Origin: Laetmonice hystrix
Lineage: Eukaryota
Direction of reading: 5' to 3'
Assembly (NCBI GenBank): GCA_965235115.1
Contig: OZ249444.1
Span: 21,204,001 to 21,268,000, forward strand
Length of the DNA: 64,000 nucleotides
Of the stretch, positions 1 to 12,500 are shown piece by piece. Position numbers and translations under genes: made by a program. The stretch's first letter is position 1, and each line of letters opens with the position of its first letter. Under the pieces are notes generated by a model that did no database searches, was not told the DNA's origin, and saw only the letters and a program-made list of their open reading frames with translations.

Positions 1-1534
1 CCTTAGGAAACATTATGGTGGTCATTGGGGGGCAGTTCTTGCCCTATAATTTAACATAGCATTGAGTTGAACATTGGTTGCAAAGCTGGCCGTACAAAAC
101 ATGGAGTCGACCGTTGTTGGTAGAAATCCTTCTAGAAAGCAATGGACGACAAACTGGACCAGGATAATAGGTGGCACAGCCCACTGTTAAGTTCTTAGCC
201 ATGTACGCCATGGAGAGTTTGGCTGACAATAGCCCCAAACACGTTTGAAATGGTTGTATGACAACTATACAAAATATATGTTGTCTTCGCTTGGAACTGG
301 TACAAATTGCTGTAAGAAAAAAGTGCGACCTGTATGGTCAATTTCTATGCCTTGAGATAGGAAACAATCTGAGAAACTCGCATGGGAAGCGCTTTCCGTG
401 TGATGCCGTAAATAGCCACCAGATGTCGGTGTGGTGGGAGAGTGGATTATTGGACGTTGGCTGGGAGTAGAGGGGCGCTGTGTGGGGGGTATGGTAGCCA
501 GTAAAACCCCCCAGTGATTGCCTTGTAAACATGTAGAAGGCCACTCGGGACACACTGAGGTGAAAGTCGCCCTCAGACATATTGACTACATTTACACCCA
601 CAATTTGCCATTGGCAAGGAAACCTTTGCCATTGGCTGAGGAACCTTTTGCCACATTCCTGGAGACGTAATTGGGTTTCCGCCCAGTTTCCTGGTCTATT
701 GCGCCCCGCCCGATGGTCTGGTTCCGGCAATTTAGAGAATTTATGGTTAATTTGTAAATTTCTAGGAGACTTTTATTGCAACGTTTTCACGTATTACTAT
801 TAGAGTGTTTGTGTTACTAAATGTTATGGTTGTGAAGTTCATATTTTCCTTTGTCTACCTGAATTGGAGTGATTATGTAATTAGGTACTGGGGGTTACTG
901 GATATATTATCTGTTGTTAAGAGGTGAAATGGGACAGAGTTGCCATAAGTTGATGCCATTAGACAGTGGACAGCAACCCATAGGTGTATGCTGGAGAAAT
1001 CAATTAAGAGGTGTACAACATAAAAAGAGGACAGACGTGTTAAGTTCACAGTTTTCAGCGTCTATACGTAGAGCCAGTAACTTGAGTAAGAAAATCATGA
1101 AGGGCAGCGGAATATATTGCATGGCAGCTAACAGTGCAGAGAGATTGCGCTATTTGTAGAGGTGATTTCTCTACCTGCATGTAGCCACTTAGCCTTTTAC
1201 CAGCTGTGATGGAAATTACCATGTCTTATCATAGTATCATAGCCACTACTACCTGTTAATTGAAGATCGCATGCCCGGGGAGGGCTTTTATTGTAGCAGT
1301 ACTGTTTCTGAAGAATGTTCTGGCAAACACAGAGGCCTCAGGAGGTTTTTTCCTTATCTTCACATACATAGACTAAGAAGAGTGTAGAATCAATGACATG
1401 AATGAAGAGTTACAGGGGTAGCGAAGATGAAGATGGTGGTGCGGTCTGTAGTGTGGATTTACACACAATTATGTGAGACAAGATGTTGAAGCTAGTCTCA
1501 GTGATGACAGAACCAGTGTTGTGTTTAATGTTAT

Positions 1535-2450
1535 CTTGCCTACATCCCATCCTCACTCTGCTGTCTCTACTTGCCTGCTCTCCCGTTCCTCACCCTCACT
1601 GTCCTGTCTACTTGCCCACATCCCCTGCTCATCCTCACTCTGCTGTCTCTACTTGCCTGCTCTCCCGTTCCTCACCCTCACTGTCCTGTCTACTTGCCCA
1701 CATCCCCTGGTCATCCTCACTCTGCTGTCTCTACTTGCCTGCTCTTCCGTTCCTCACCCTCACTGTCCTGTCTACTTGCCCACATCCCCTGGTCATCCTC
1801 ACTCTGCTGTCTCTACTTGCCTGCTCTCCCGTTCCTCATCCTCACTGTCCTGTCTACTTGCCCACATCCCCTGCTCATCCTCACTCTGCTGTCTCTACTT
1901 GCCTGCTCTCCCGTTCCTCACCCTCACTGTCCTGTCTACTTGCCCACATCCCCTGCTCATCCTCACTCTGCTGTCTCTACTTGCCTGCTCTCCCGTTCCT
2001 CACCCTCACTGTCCTGTCTACTTGCCCACATCCCTTGGTCATCCTCACTCTGCTGTCTCTACTTGCCTGCTCTCCCGTTCCTCATCCTCACTGTCCTGTC
2101 TACTTGCCCACATCCCCTGCTCATCCTCACTCTGCTGTCTCTACTTGCCTGCTCTCCCGTTCCTCATCCTCACTGTCCTGTCTACTTGCCCACATCCCCT
2201 GCTCATCCTCACTCTGCTGTCTCTACTTGCCTGCTCTCCCGTTCCTCATCCTCACTGTCCTGTCTACTTGCCCACATCCCCTGGTCATCCTCACTCTGCT
2301 GTCTCTACTTGCCTGCTCTCCCGTTCCTCACCCTCACTGTCCTGTCTACTTGCCCACATCCCCTGGTCATCCTCACTCTGCTGTCTCTACTTGCCTGCTC
2401 TCCCGTTCCTCACCCTCACTGTCCTGTCTACTTGCCCACATCCTGGTCAT
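1535..2450. repeat. 82-bp minisatellite (two related 41-bp halves), about 11 copies, C/T-rich on + strand
   Basis: TCATCCTCACTCTG recurs at 1629, 1711 and onward (period 82). Unit: tcatcctcactctgctgtctctacttgcctgctctcccgttcctcaccctcactgtcctgtctacttgcccacatcccctgc. Confidence 0.95.
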
Positions 2451-2845
2451 CCTACTGTCTGCTCTCTCTATTTGCCCTACCCCACTGCTCACCCTATTCA
2501 CACTCCTTACCCTACCCCAATGCTCACCCTCTTCACCCTCCTGACTCTACTTACCCTACCCCACTGCTCACCCTATTCACCCTCCTTACTCTACTTGCCC
2601 TACCCCACTGCTCACCCTATTCACCCTCCTTACTCTACTTGGCCTACCCCAATGCTCACCCTCTTCACTCTACTTGCCCTACCCCACTGCTCACCCTATT
2701 CACCCTCCTTACTCTACTTGGCCTACCCCAATGCTCACCCTCTTCACTCTACTTGCCCTACCCCAATGCTCACCCTATTCACCCTCCTTACTCTACTTGC
2801 CCTACCCCACTGCTCTCCCTATTTACCCTCAGCCTGCTCACCTAC
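2451..2845. repeat. Degenerate ~44-bp C/T-rich tandem repeat related to the adjacent 82-bp minisatellite
   Basis: Recurrent ccctaccccactgctcaccctattcaccctccttactctacttg with indels; shares CTCACCCT and CTACTTGCC with the upstream array. Confidence 0.85.
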
Positions 2846-3549
2846 CCCCCCCCCCCCCCCCGAGTACTGTATTCAGCACCTGACCGGTACTGGTTTCTAT
2901 ATTCACCCTCCTCACTGGGCTCATCCTCATCACCCTACTTCTCACATACCCTGTTTGCGCTTCCCGGGTCAGATAAGGCTGCAGAGACATGCAGAGGCAC
3001 CAGAAAGCTATTGGTGAGGGGCTTCACAGGGCACAACATCAGACAAATGAGGTGTAGACATTTATCCGTGCAGGACAAGGGGAGTTCTCCCCCAATCCCA
3101 TATGTGTGCGTGTTTTTTTAAAGGTCAGGTAGGCCATGTGCTGGTAGTAACACAGATGAGTAAACTAAAGTCCTAAACTATCGACTGACAGTCTGAGTAT
3201 GTCAGGAATGCACCAACTCGCTCATTCATGAAGGTTTTTTACTGCAGATCAGACGAGAGTTAGCAGTAGAAGTTGTTGCCCTTATGGGTGGTATTTGCTC
3301 GTGAGAATATATTTCATTTCAGGTTACAAATTGATTTGTGAACTGTTTTTTCTTACCTCATAAGTTTACAAGTGAAAACAAGAAAACGGGAGCAAACCTT
3401 CTTGAGTAATGTGAGGTACACCTATGTTTACTGGTTTTTGGGTAGCAAGCTAAAAGTTCGGAAATCCACTAATGAACTGAAATAGTGTATAATTTTTTTT
3501 TAACGAATTTTACCGTATATACAGATGAATTACACTTTCTGTCCTTCAG

Positions 3550-6500
3550 GCATCAACTGACGCAAGTGTTTGACCAGGTGACTATAGTCGATGTCCTTGA
3601 CAGTCGAGATAGCGCCAACTTGGCTCTCCTAACGCGGCCAGACCTAGGGGTCACCTTCACCAAGCTAAACTGCTGGAAACTCACACAGTTCACCAAATGT
3701 GTCTTCATGGATGCAGACACTCTGGTAGGTAGCCTCACCTAAACTTCAGAGATCCCATGAAGATACATGTATTGAGTTTTGGGGCCCATTTGGACCAGTA
3801 CGCTGTTCTACAATCATGACATCTGAAGTGTTTTAATGTAATGTCCAGTATTGTGGATATTTTCCTAGTAAGATATACCTAGGTCCCCATTAAAGTACTG
3901 GGAGAATAATCAGTGTAAAACCAGAATAATTGTACATGTATAAGAGTAAGAAATGGCCTATGTTACAATAAGGTTGTGAAGATCTTGCTGGCTGTATGCC
4001 AGGCTGGTGGTTTATTAAACTGACCATGTTGATTAGTGCTGATACTCTGGCCTGGTCCTTTACTAGGTACTTCAAAACATAGATGAGTTGTTTGAGCGTG
4101 AGGAGTTGTCCGCAGCACCCGATGTCGGCTGGCCTGACTGCTTCAACTCTGGCGTCTTTGTCTACCGTCCATCTGAGGAAACCTACCAGGCATTGCTAGA
4201 CTTCGCTCTCAGCCAGGGCAGCTTCGATGGTGAGGGCATCTTTGGTGATTACTGGGGCCAGTTTAAACTAATGTCAAGCAGCCTTGTACATGGATGTTTT
4301 AATTGATATTAACAGAAAATGTAAAGGTTTTGATGTGTTCAGACATATGGATAATCTGTTTGAGGTATTGGGTAGGCCTATTTAATGCAGTATTGATATA
4401 CATGTATTGTGGATAATGTCATGCTTTGAGTGCAAACTGTAGATAAAATGTTGTCAGTGATGCCTTACTATGTTAGCTGATTATTATTTAGTGGATAAAG
4501 CACTGTCAGAGCCAGTCGAGACGTTGTTATGGCGAAATAATGCACGAGCCGAAGGCGAGTGCATTATATCGCCAGAACAACGTCGAGACTGGCTCTGGCA
4601 GTGCTTTATTTACTTTAGCACACAACCTATAACTATAAACAATTCAAACAGTGCCAAAACTACACCCAGTTGAGCTCTTACCGGCGATTTCATTCAGCAA
4701 CTGTGGCCACCACATCTTGTTTACATTCTGAGGTCGGGGGGCCTCCCACAATGACCTTTGAACCGGCCGATTTGTACCACGCTTCACTATTGGTCGATCG
4801 TTATCACGTTATTCCGCGAGCCTATAAAAGGAGCTTTCTGATTGGACGGAACATTAAGGCCATGCATTCAGCAATAGCGCCATCCCCTCTACTAGGCAAA
4901 TGGACTCGGCGCGTCATTTAAACGATGTAGGCTAAACAGAGTTCGCTGTGGGCATATCGAATCGAAACGACCCAACTGAACTATACAGACGGGTTTCTTC
5001 TCGTAATTCTATAACAACTGCGAAGTCTCAGCCATTAACACTCCATTAGTTGCTAGTTCTACCTATTGACAACCTTGAAGCGAGGACAGGCAAACACAAT
5101 GAATTCGAATGAGCACCCTCTCCGATTGGTCAATTCATGACGCGTCATACCCGTGAATTATGGCTCTAATAATTTCACGGTTTTGGGCCTATAACACACG
5201 CTGGGAGCAGCCAGGCGTGTGCTAATGAGGTATTATTGCAGACTATAATGGATACTGTTTGTTTTGTGGACCAGGTGGCGACCAAGGCCTGCTAAACAGT
5301 TTCTTCAGTGACTGGGCGACGGCAGATATCAGAAAACACCTGTCGTTTGTCTACAATGTTGTGTCTCAGGCCTTCTACAGTTATCTACCCGCATTTAGAC
5401 AGTGAGTCGTCTCCTTCAACTTTATAAAGTACAGCTGACAACAACCATAGATGTTTAATGTACCTCAGGGTCACTGAATTCAGGGATAAATTTATATTTG
5501 AAAAAAAAACTTTAAAAAAACTAATCAAAGTATACTGGCCAGATTTGAATATTTTATAGGTAGGGGCGGTAATGTCTCCTTTATAGTGCATTAGTATTTC
5601 TCGTGTAAACAATAGTACGGGTAAAGACAGTAAATGTTGTGACTGATTTGCAGTTTTCATAAGAACGTAAAGGTGGTCCATTTCATCGGTTCCGTGAAGC
5701 CTTGGCATCATTCATACAATACAAGCACAGGACAGGTAGAGACCTCGGGCCATAACCAGGAATTCCTCCAAGCTTGGTGGAAAATTTTCACGGAAAAAGT
5801 CCAGCCAGCCCTTGACCCAGGACTTGTGAGTTATTTGATTATACATGCTCAAAGAGTTTCTTTCTGTGTGCACATTGCTGTGTAGAACTTTTAGTAAGTA
5901 CCAGTACATTTGGATATAGGGTGGTGTCACGTTTAATATTCTGTCTAGGTTCCTCAATTGTTTTTATCTATAAGAAATAGTAGTAATTGTTACATAATAG
6001 TTTCTGAATGAAACCCTTGTGAAATGTAATACATGTAGAAGGGAATTTATACATATTTTTAAAGCTTAAAATGTCAGTAACTAGACACCAGTTTCTCTAG
6101 TTTCACCCTTGTACATGTATTAGGAATCTGGTTTCCTATAGATTTACGATGATACCATCCCTTTTACTGTCTTTGGTATATTTTGCATTGATACTAGGTA
6201 TTACTCTCATAACAATAGCACCTGTTTCCAAAAGATGACGACTTGTTTATTGGCCACTGATCGTTGGTGGTGCCAGCATGGAATGCATGAAGCTCAGTAA
6301 CTCAGCCCAAATGTTTGATTTATGTGTTTCTAACAACTCATCATGAAACACTCCTTAAATCACTTAGTCTGATAAACTGACTAGAAACTGCATGTCAAGA
6401 TATTATTTCTAACCAAATCAGTGAAAAAATAACATTTTAATTTGTTACCTACTGAAGCTACACAATCACTTACAGGAATTTAATCACCCAGAAAAGTTTA

Positions 6501-9500
6501 TTATTGACGTTTCAGAATACAACAACGTACTGCTATAGATTTAAGATGTAGAAACTCAGGTCATGTTCAAGTATGAAGTTCTAGCAAGAGATTTATTAAA
6601 TGTCAGCTTCGAAGACTATCTAGTATATTTCTTTACTTGTCGGATGAGATAGTCCTATTGCAGCAGGACAATTTTCTGTGTGTAGGTAAATTACAAAAGG
6701 GTGCTGGGAGAATGATTTGATGAGACAACATGTTGTATGTAGCAGTGTTACATGTGCTAAGCATGGCTGTTCTAAGTTTGCTCTTCTTTTTCCCCTGCCT
6801 CTGCATGTGCAGTCCCACAGCGAACCACAGGTATGACAATACCTTTATTTGATTCATATTCTATTACAAACGAAATCTCTGTGCTGTCACCGTTTTGTCA
6901 GACTCCGTTTCTTCTATGTTCAACTGTTTTGTATCTAAGATTTTAAAGTCGGGATAACCTGGAACAGTTACACGAAATGCCCAGTGAACACAAAGATAAA
7001 ACGCCACAAAAATTGTGCCCCACCACCTTGAAGCAAGAAGTTGTAGATGAATATAAGGTTGCTAAAACGAAACAGCAACCCAAGTAGGCATGAGCATCAT
7101 GAAAGGATTCATATTTATGGTAACAGCAGGTTCACATTTTTTATAAGAGCAAGATGGAAGGACAAGTGACCCAGGGAAAAGTAACTTTAAAGTAATGTTA
7201 AGTTGTACTTGTTTAAATAATTTGAATACTCTTACACCTCCTTTCAACAAAGTCAGATGCTATCATCTTCACCAGAAAACTTTAAGAAACCAGTTGCATT
7301 AAGGGATCACCTAACACTTTCTGATCTAATTTGTGTTTGATTTCTAGTCATCAGAGGTCAGCACGGATCAGGCAGAAGGTCAAAATATCAGTGTAAGCAG
7401 CGTGATCCCATTTAGATCATTGTGCTCCGGTAGTGGTGGTCCCCGCGGTAGTTGGACAAGCTGTAATCAATGCTTTCAGTCGGGTTTACGGTATCCTAAA
7501 TTAGTATGGCATCATTTTCTCTACCCGGTATTAACATTGGTCCCAAAATCTTGTTATAATCACACTGCTGATTTGGGTCCCTGAAGGACACCTCACAATC
7601 CCAGTCGCATTTCTTGCGAGGTAGCTCTAGCATTTCCTCTCGAAAATAATTCTGTGATCCTTGGAATTCGGAATGCAACAAGTGCAAAGCGGCAAGATGC
7701 TTGGATAGATAGACCTGGAACGTATTCTCTTTCTCTCAAAAATGTCTTAATCAAAAGTTTCAAATTTGGTGGTGTAGGCCGATTAGGTTGTTAAAAAAAT
7801 AAGGATAACATGTTTGTTGGGGTAGCCTGGTCAGACCCGTCACTGAGAGAACAGGTTTTGGGTCACATTTTATTTTATTGAAAGCAAATTGTGTAAATAA
7901 TAAATTGAAAGTAAATAATAGGAGGTAAAGGCTGGGTCCAGCTTCTTCTTTCTGTCAAGGTCAGAAAGTTCTTTCTGTCAAGGTCAGAAAGTCATTGCCT
8001 CTTAGGAAAGCCTGCTTGCCTATTTGCACAGTGGCAAAAAGTGTTTCTAATTAAAACAAGTAGATTACTTAAATGGTATCATTTAGCATCTAACATGCTT
8101 CATAAGGTGTTAGTGCATCAGTGTAGATGAGAAGGATGCGGTAAAAGGACCTTGCACCTTGTCGGTGGTTGACAAAGCTTGGTCCAACATTAAATATTCC
8201 CTATACTCTCCCTTGCTGGCAGTCGTCTGACACAGATCTTGAGCTCTCAGCAAGTGCAAGTATACCTTGTGGTAACTTCATAGTGTATCACCCCTCTGGT
8301 CCTGAATGGACTGCTCCAGAATCATTGTGACGGACAGTCCAAGCAAGATATTGAGGGATGTACATTAATCGTAGTTTCAATATATTACTTGGTGTTGTAA
8401 TGTTTTGTTCAGAGGTGGAACACTGAAAACTTGCCGGTATTTCCCTCCATAATGAACTTCTTTCATGGATATAATGCTCAAGTTACTTTTAATCCCAAAC
8501 CTGAGAATTTATCAGAGTTTTCAAGTATGTCCATCTACTGACAGCGTTACGGGTGGTGTTGTTAGTCTTTCTGTTTGTCCAATTGTCAATTTTAATGTTG
8601 TAATGTCGAGTGTGTTAGGAAGAGAGGATGAGTTGGTGAATGGATGCAACTCTGATCAAATGAAGAAAACAGTTGTACTATGGAACGTAGAATTAAAAAC
8701 GGGGGTAGAAACAGTTAACCTTTTAATGAGCCAGAGGACCAAACAATTCTTTAAAGCAGTTGCCTGGAGGTATTTGCTCCTTTGGGTGCCTGTGGAATCT
8801 GCATTTCAGGTTAGAATTTATTGACGGGAAAGTTGGAAGAACGGCAGGTTTTAGGACAGTGACTGTGACGGTTTTTAATTTTTTTAATTTTTTATTTTTA
8901 ATGCGGTAACGGTAGTGGGACTACTGGGACTATTACTGTTATGTTTAAGACAGCATTATAGACTACTAAGATTTTTTATTTATTTACCTATGCATGCTGC
9001 GAATGCTTCTCAGAATGGCTGTAATAGCATAGGACCTGATAGGTTTTCAAACTGTTCACCAGGTTTATATTATTGAAGAGTTGAAAAATCCTGGATAAAA
9101 AAGAGATAAGTCTAAGGTTAACCCTCAGGAAAAGATATATCATTCATTCGTTGGGAGATTTCCATACACTTCAATACTGTTAAACAGAATCAGATAGCAG
9201 GAGAATGAGACATATAACTAATATGGTTCAACTGGAAGAAGTGCAGACAAGTTCTACATGTCTACATGATCTCATGACATCATCACATGCTGTTGTACAT
9301 AAGTGCTGCAGGCTACTGGCTTACATATACTGACACCATAATCCGGCACCATGGCGACGGCAGAGTTTAAACCAGTGGGATATTACGTCATGACGTCACA
9401 ACGTCGGCTGAGTTACTGAGCTTCATGTATGTTTGCTGTTCGCTCGTTCTCAGCCATACAGATACAGGAGATTTTGTCAGGCGACTAATCAACCTGCTTA

Positions 9501-12500
9501 ATCAACTTTCCTCTGAAAAGGCCATTTTCATACAGATCAGGTGAATATACCATCGAAAGGCGTACGCCATACCTCCGTTGTGTTATCTTCTTTGGCTTTT
9601 TATTTTCATTGCACAAATCTATTGGCTTTGCATGAGTTTTCACCCTGCTGTTTTGTGATTGACTTTTCGTTGTTGTTTCTGGTGGTGGTGTTACGGGCTG
9701 GTACAGATAAAAAAAAAGGAGAGAAAAGTTGGACTGGCGGAGCTGAGAGAAAAGAGGAGAAAAGAGGAGAGGGGTTTATTTCATGTTTATGTTTAGTTTA
9801 GGTTTCAGCAACTGTTTGGTGTCTGTACCAGACATAATTCCGTTTAGTTGTGTATTTTATATTTTCTCTTTTCCCAACTAGTACTCGGACTTCACCTGAC
9901 TTGTTTGTACGGTTACTAAAGCTTGACTTCTGATGCATTACAAAGTCATGTTTTCGTGAGAACCAATTTAGCTATTTCAGTCGCATTTTTCTTTACACGT
10001 ATAATATTTGACAGTACTACTGATTTGACAGATGGCTAGAATCAGGAGCTTATCCAGAGTGCCTGCCGTCGAACGGCAGACGTATGCATGTATATGGAAT
10101 ACCTAGCAATCAAACTATAGGTACCAGTATGGAGATCGCAAACGAAATTTTGATTATACATGTAATTTGTTTTGGAGGATTTTCCATAGTTCAAATTGCC
10201 TTTCCTAATCCGAGATGCCATGTTCTTGGCTCTGGTACTGGATTCTGAAAACGTTACTTTGTGAAGCATCAGCAGGATGTATAATCTGACAGAATTTTCT
10301 GAACCAAACCCTTTATTCCTTATTAAAAAGTTTTGTTTATTTGAGTTTTTTTAAAAAGTCATCACTTCACTTAATGACCTTAACTTATCAAAGGCTAACA
10401 ATTGTGCATTAAAACCTTCCGTTGGCTTAAGCATATTGGGACATGGTCTTCCCGCCAGGTGGCAGGCCCTTCCTCTCACCGCTGGCCGCCGTCCCATCCT
10501 CTGTGTCTTCTCTTCCTGTAGGTGAGCATGCTCAGTCTAAAGATGACAGTGGCGGCCCCTGCCGACGGCACTACTAACCACTCTAACGGCCTGCCACCAA
10601 CATGCATGCGAACCCCTTACGTTCCCCCTCAGATGTCTGTCTTCTATGACCCACCACCCCCTCCGGACCAACCCCAACAACTGGTCTTCATACAAGACGA
10701 TGGAAGCCGGCCTTTCGGCTTTTTTGAGAACTTCTACACAGAGCCCCCGATGGCAACCAAGGAACAGTACGCCTCCCCTGTTGAAATGTACCAGGCTAAG
10801 GAGTTTGAACAAACTTGGTCACAAGCCAATGAACGCCTGAAAGAGGAAATGGACACCGCAGGGGCAGGAGAACATTGTTCAGATCACCACCAGGTGGCAG
10901 CACCAGAATGGCATGAAAGCCCCTTGCCAGCGGCAGATTCAAGTAACTGCCTAGAGGGGGCAGCACAGCCGTGTCAGTTAGCCGCACAAGAGAGTGGCGC
11001 AAGCACGGAATCAACAGGGGAGAACCTAGCGGAGGCGGGAGAAACTATTGAAGTTCTGCACCAGGGGACGCTGGTAGAGTTAGTTAAGGAGGATCTGGAG
11101 AAAACGCTGAACCCAGAGACAGGTCAGGTGCTGAGGGATGAGGAGGTGAGTATGATGTGATGAGAGGAAAACAAAACTGATGCTAAGCCTGAGGTTATAG
11201 AAGGATCCTGGGTTTAACCTAACCATCACACTGAAGATTATGTATCAATTTGAAAAAATAGTGTACAGAACTACACTACTGCTTAGCTATAACATAATGG
11301 GTAAAACAAAAGTGAAATACATGTACATGTACCACCATCTTTGTCTCGTTTAACTGTTTTAAAAATCCAAACCCTGAGCAAAATAATGTATTGTTTAGTT
11401 ATTTAAAACTAGTCTTAATCAAAGTATTTCCCAGCAGATTGAACTCAAACCTACCAAATTTCTGACATAGGAGAGCAGAATTAATACTACTACTAAAGTG
11501 GCTGGCAGATCTTGGTGATGCTCATATAAAAGTGCACACTATAATGTTAGTTTGTCGTACCAAAGTCAATAAATCTATGACCTTTGACAGCCTCTTATAT
11601 GTCAGTACACAACAACACGTACATGTATTGGAATACACAATTCTAATAAATTAGTGTCCGTTCTTCCGTCATCTGCACAGGTGAACTTCAGTCATGACAT
11701 TAATCAACATATCAGCCACACGGCGCCACATGCTTACCTGTTTTGTAAGAGTCATTCCAGAAGCAGATTGATTGCAAAGGACATGATTTGACAAATAATT
11801 GTAACTTTGGAACATCATTTTTCTCCTGAAGCTTACATATTTAGGCTTTGCCAAGTTTGGCAACCTCTGGGTAAGAAAGAATAAGTATAAAAGTATTCAG
11901 AAGTTGCAATGTTGCATCAGTGCTTTTAGTCAGCGTTTCTTTGCATGCTAAATGATCTGGGGAAATGTTAGCGTTCTCGGCTTTGATGGAGGTGGGTGGG
12001 AAAGTTGTTTAGGTCAAGACTCGTGTCAGACATTGAATGGAGGAATGCTTAATGGGCAGGATGACTGACTTGATGACGGACTGAGGGATTCAATGACATA
12101 TTTCCGTTACGGATTATAATTAGTTTAGGCTCCTTCAGGTTCGTACTAGGTTAGATTTACCTTTGTTGGGAGCGAGGCATCGAGATTGTCTGAGTTTACA
12201 GTTGTAAACATTCTCCAAAATCAGGAGGACAAGTCTTGATTTTTAGCTTTGTCTGCCAGTGTTTACATAGATCGCGTCTTCCTTTTTATCAAAACCTATT
12301 TTTGCTTTATTTGAATTTGATTGAAGATGGCATTCACTAGACGCTGTGTAGATGCCACATCCAGTGTGTGTCTGGAGATTGATTCCTTTTTCATGGGTCG
12401 AGGGTTTGATCAGATATCTTTGCAAGTAATAGAGATTATTGGATACAGTAGGTCGTTGATAGTGTGTCAAGGAGCCTTTGGAGAAGGTGTTGGAAAAACT

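Noticed and set aside
2996-3051. GTRKLLV...RQMR|gtgtag, resembling the end of glycogenin exon 2 and in the right phase
   Set aside because: No AFVTL/NDxY motif upstream, weak donor, and it lies at the edge of a repeat; the real exon is more likely upstream of the window.
1473-3121. Three long + strand ORFs (514, 353 and 516 aa)
   Set aside because: Artefacts of the stop-poor 82-bp minisatellite: the same peptide words appear in all three frames because 82 is not a multiple of 3.
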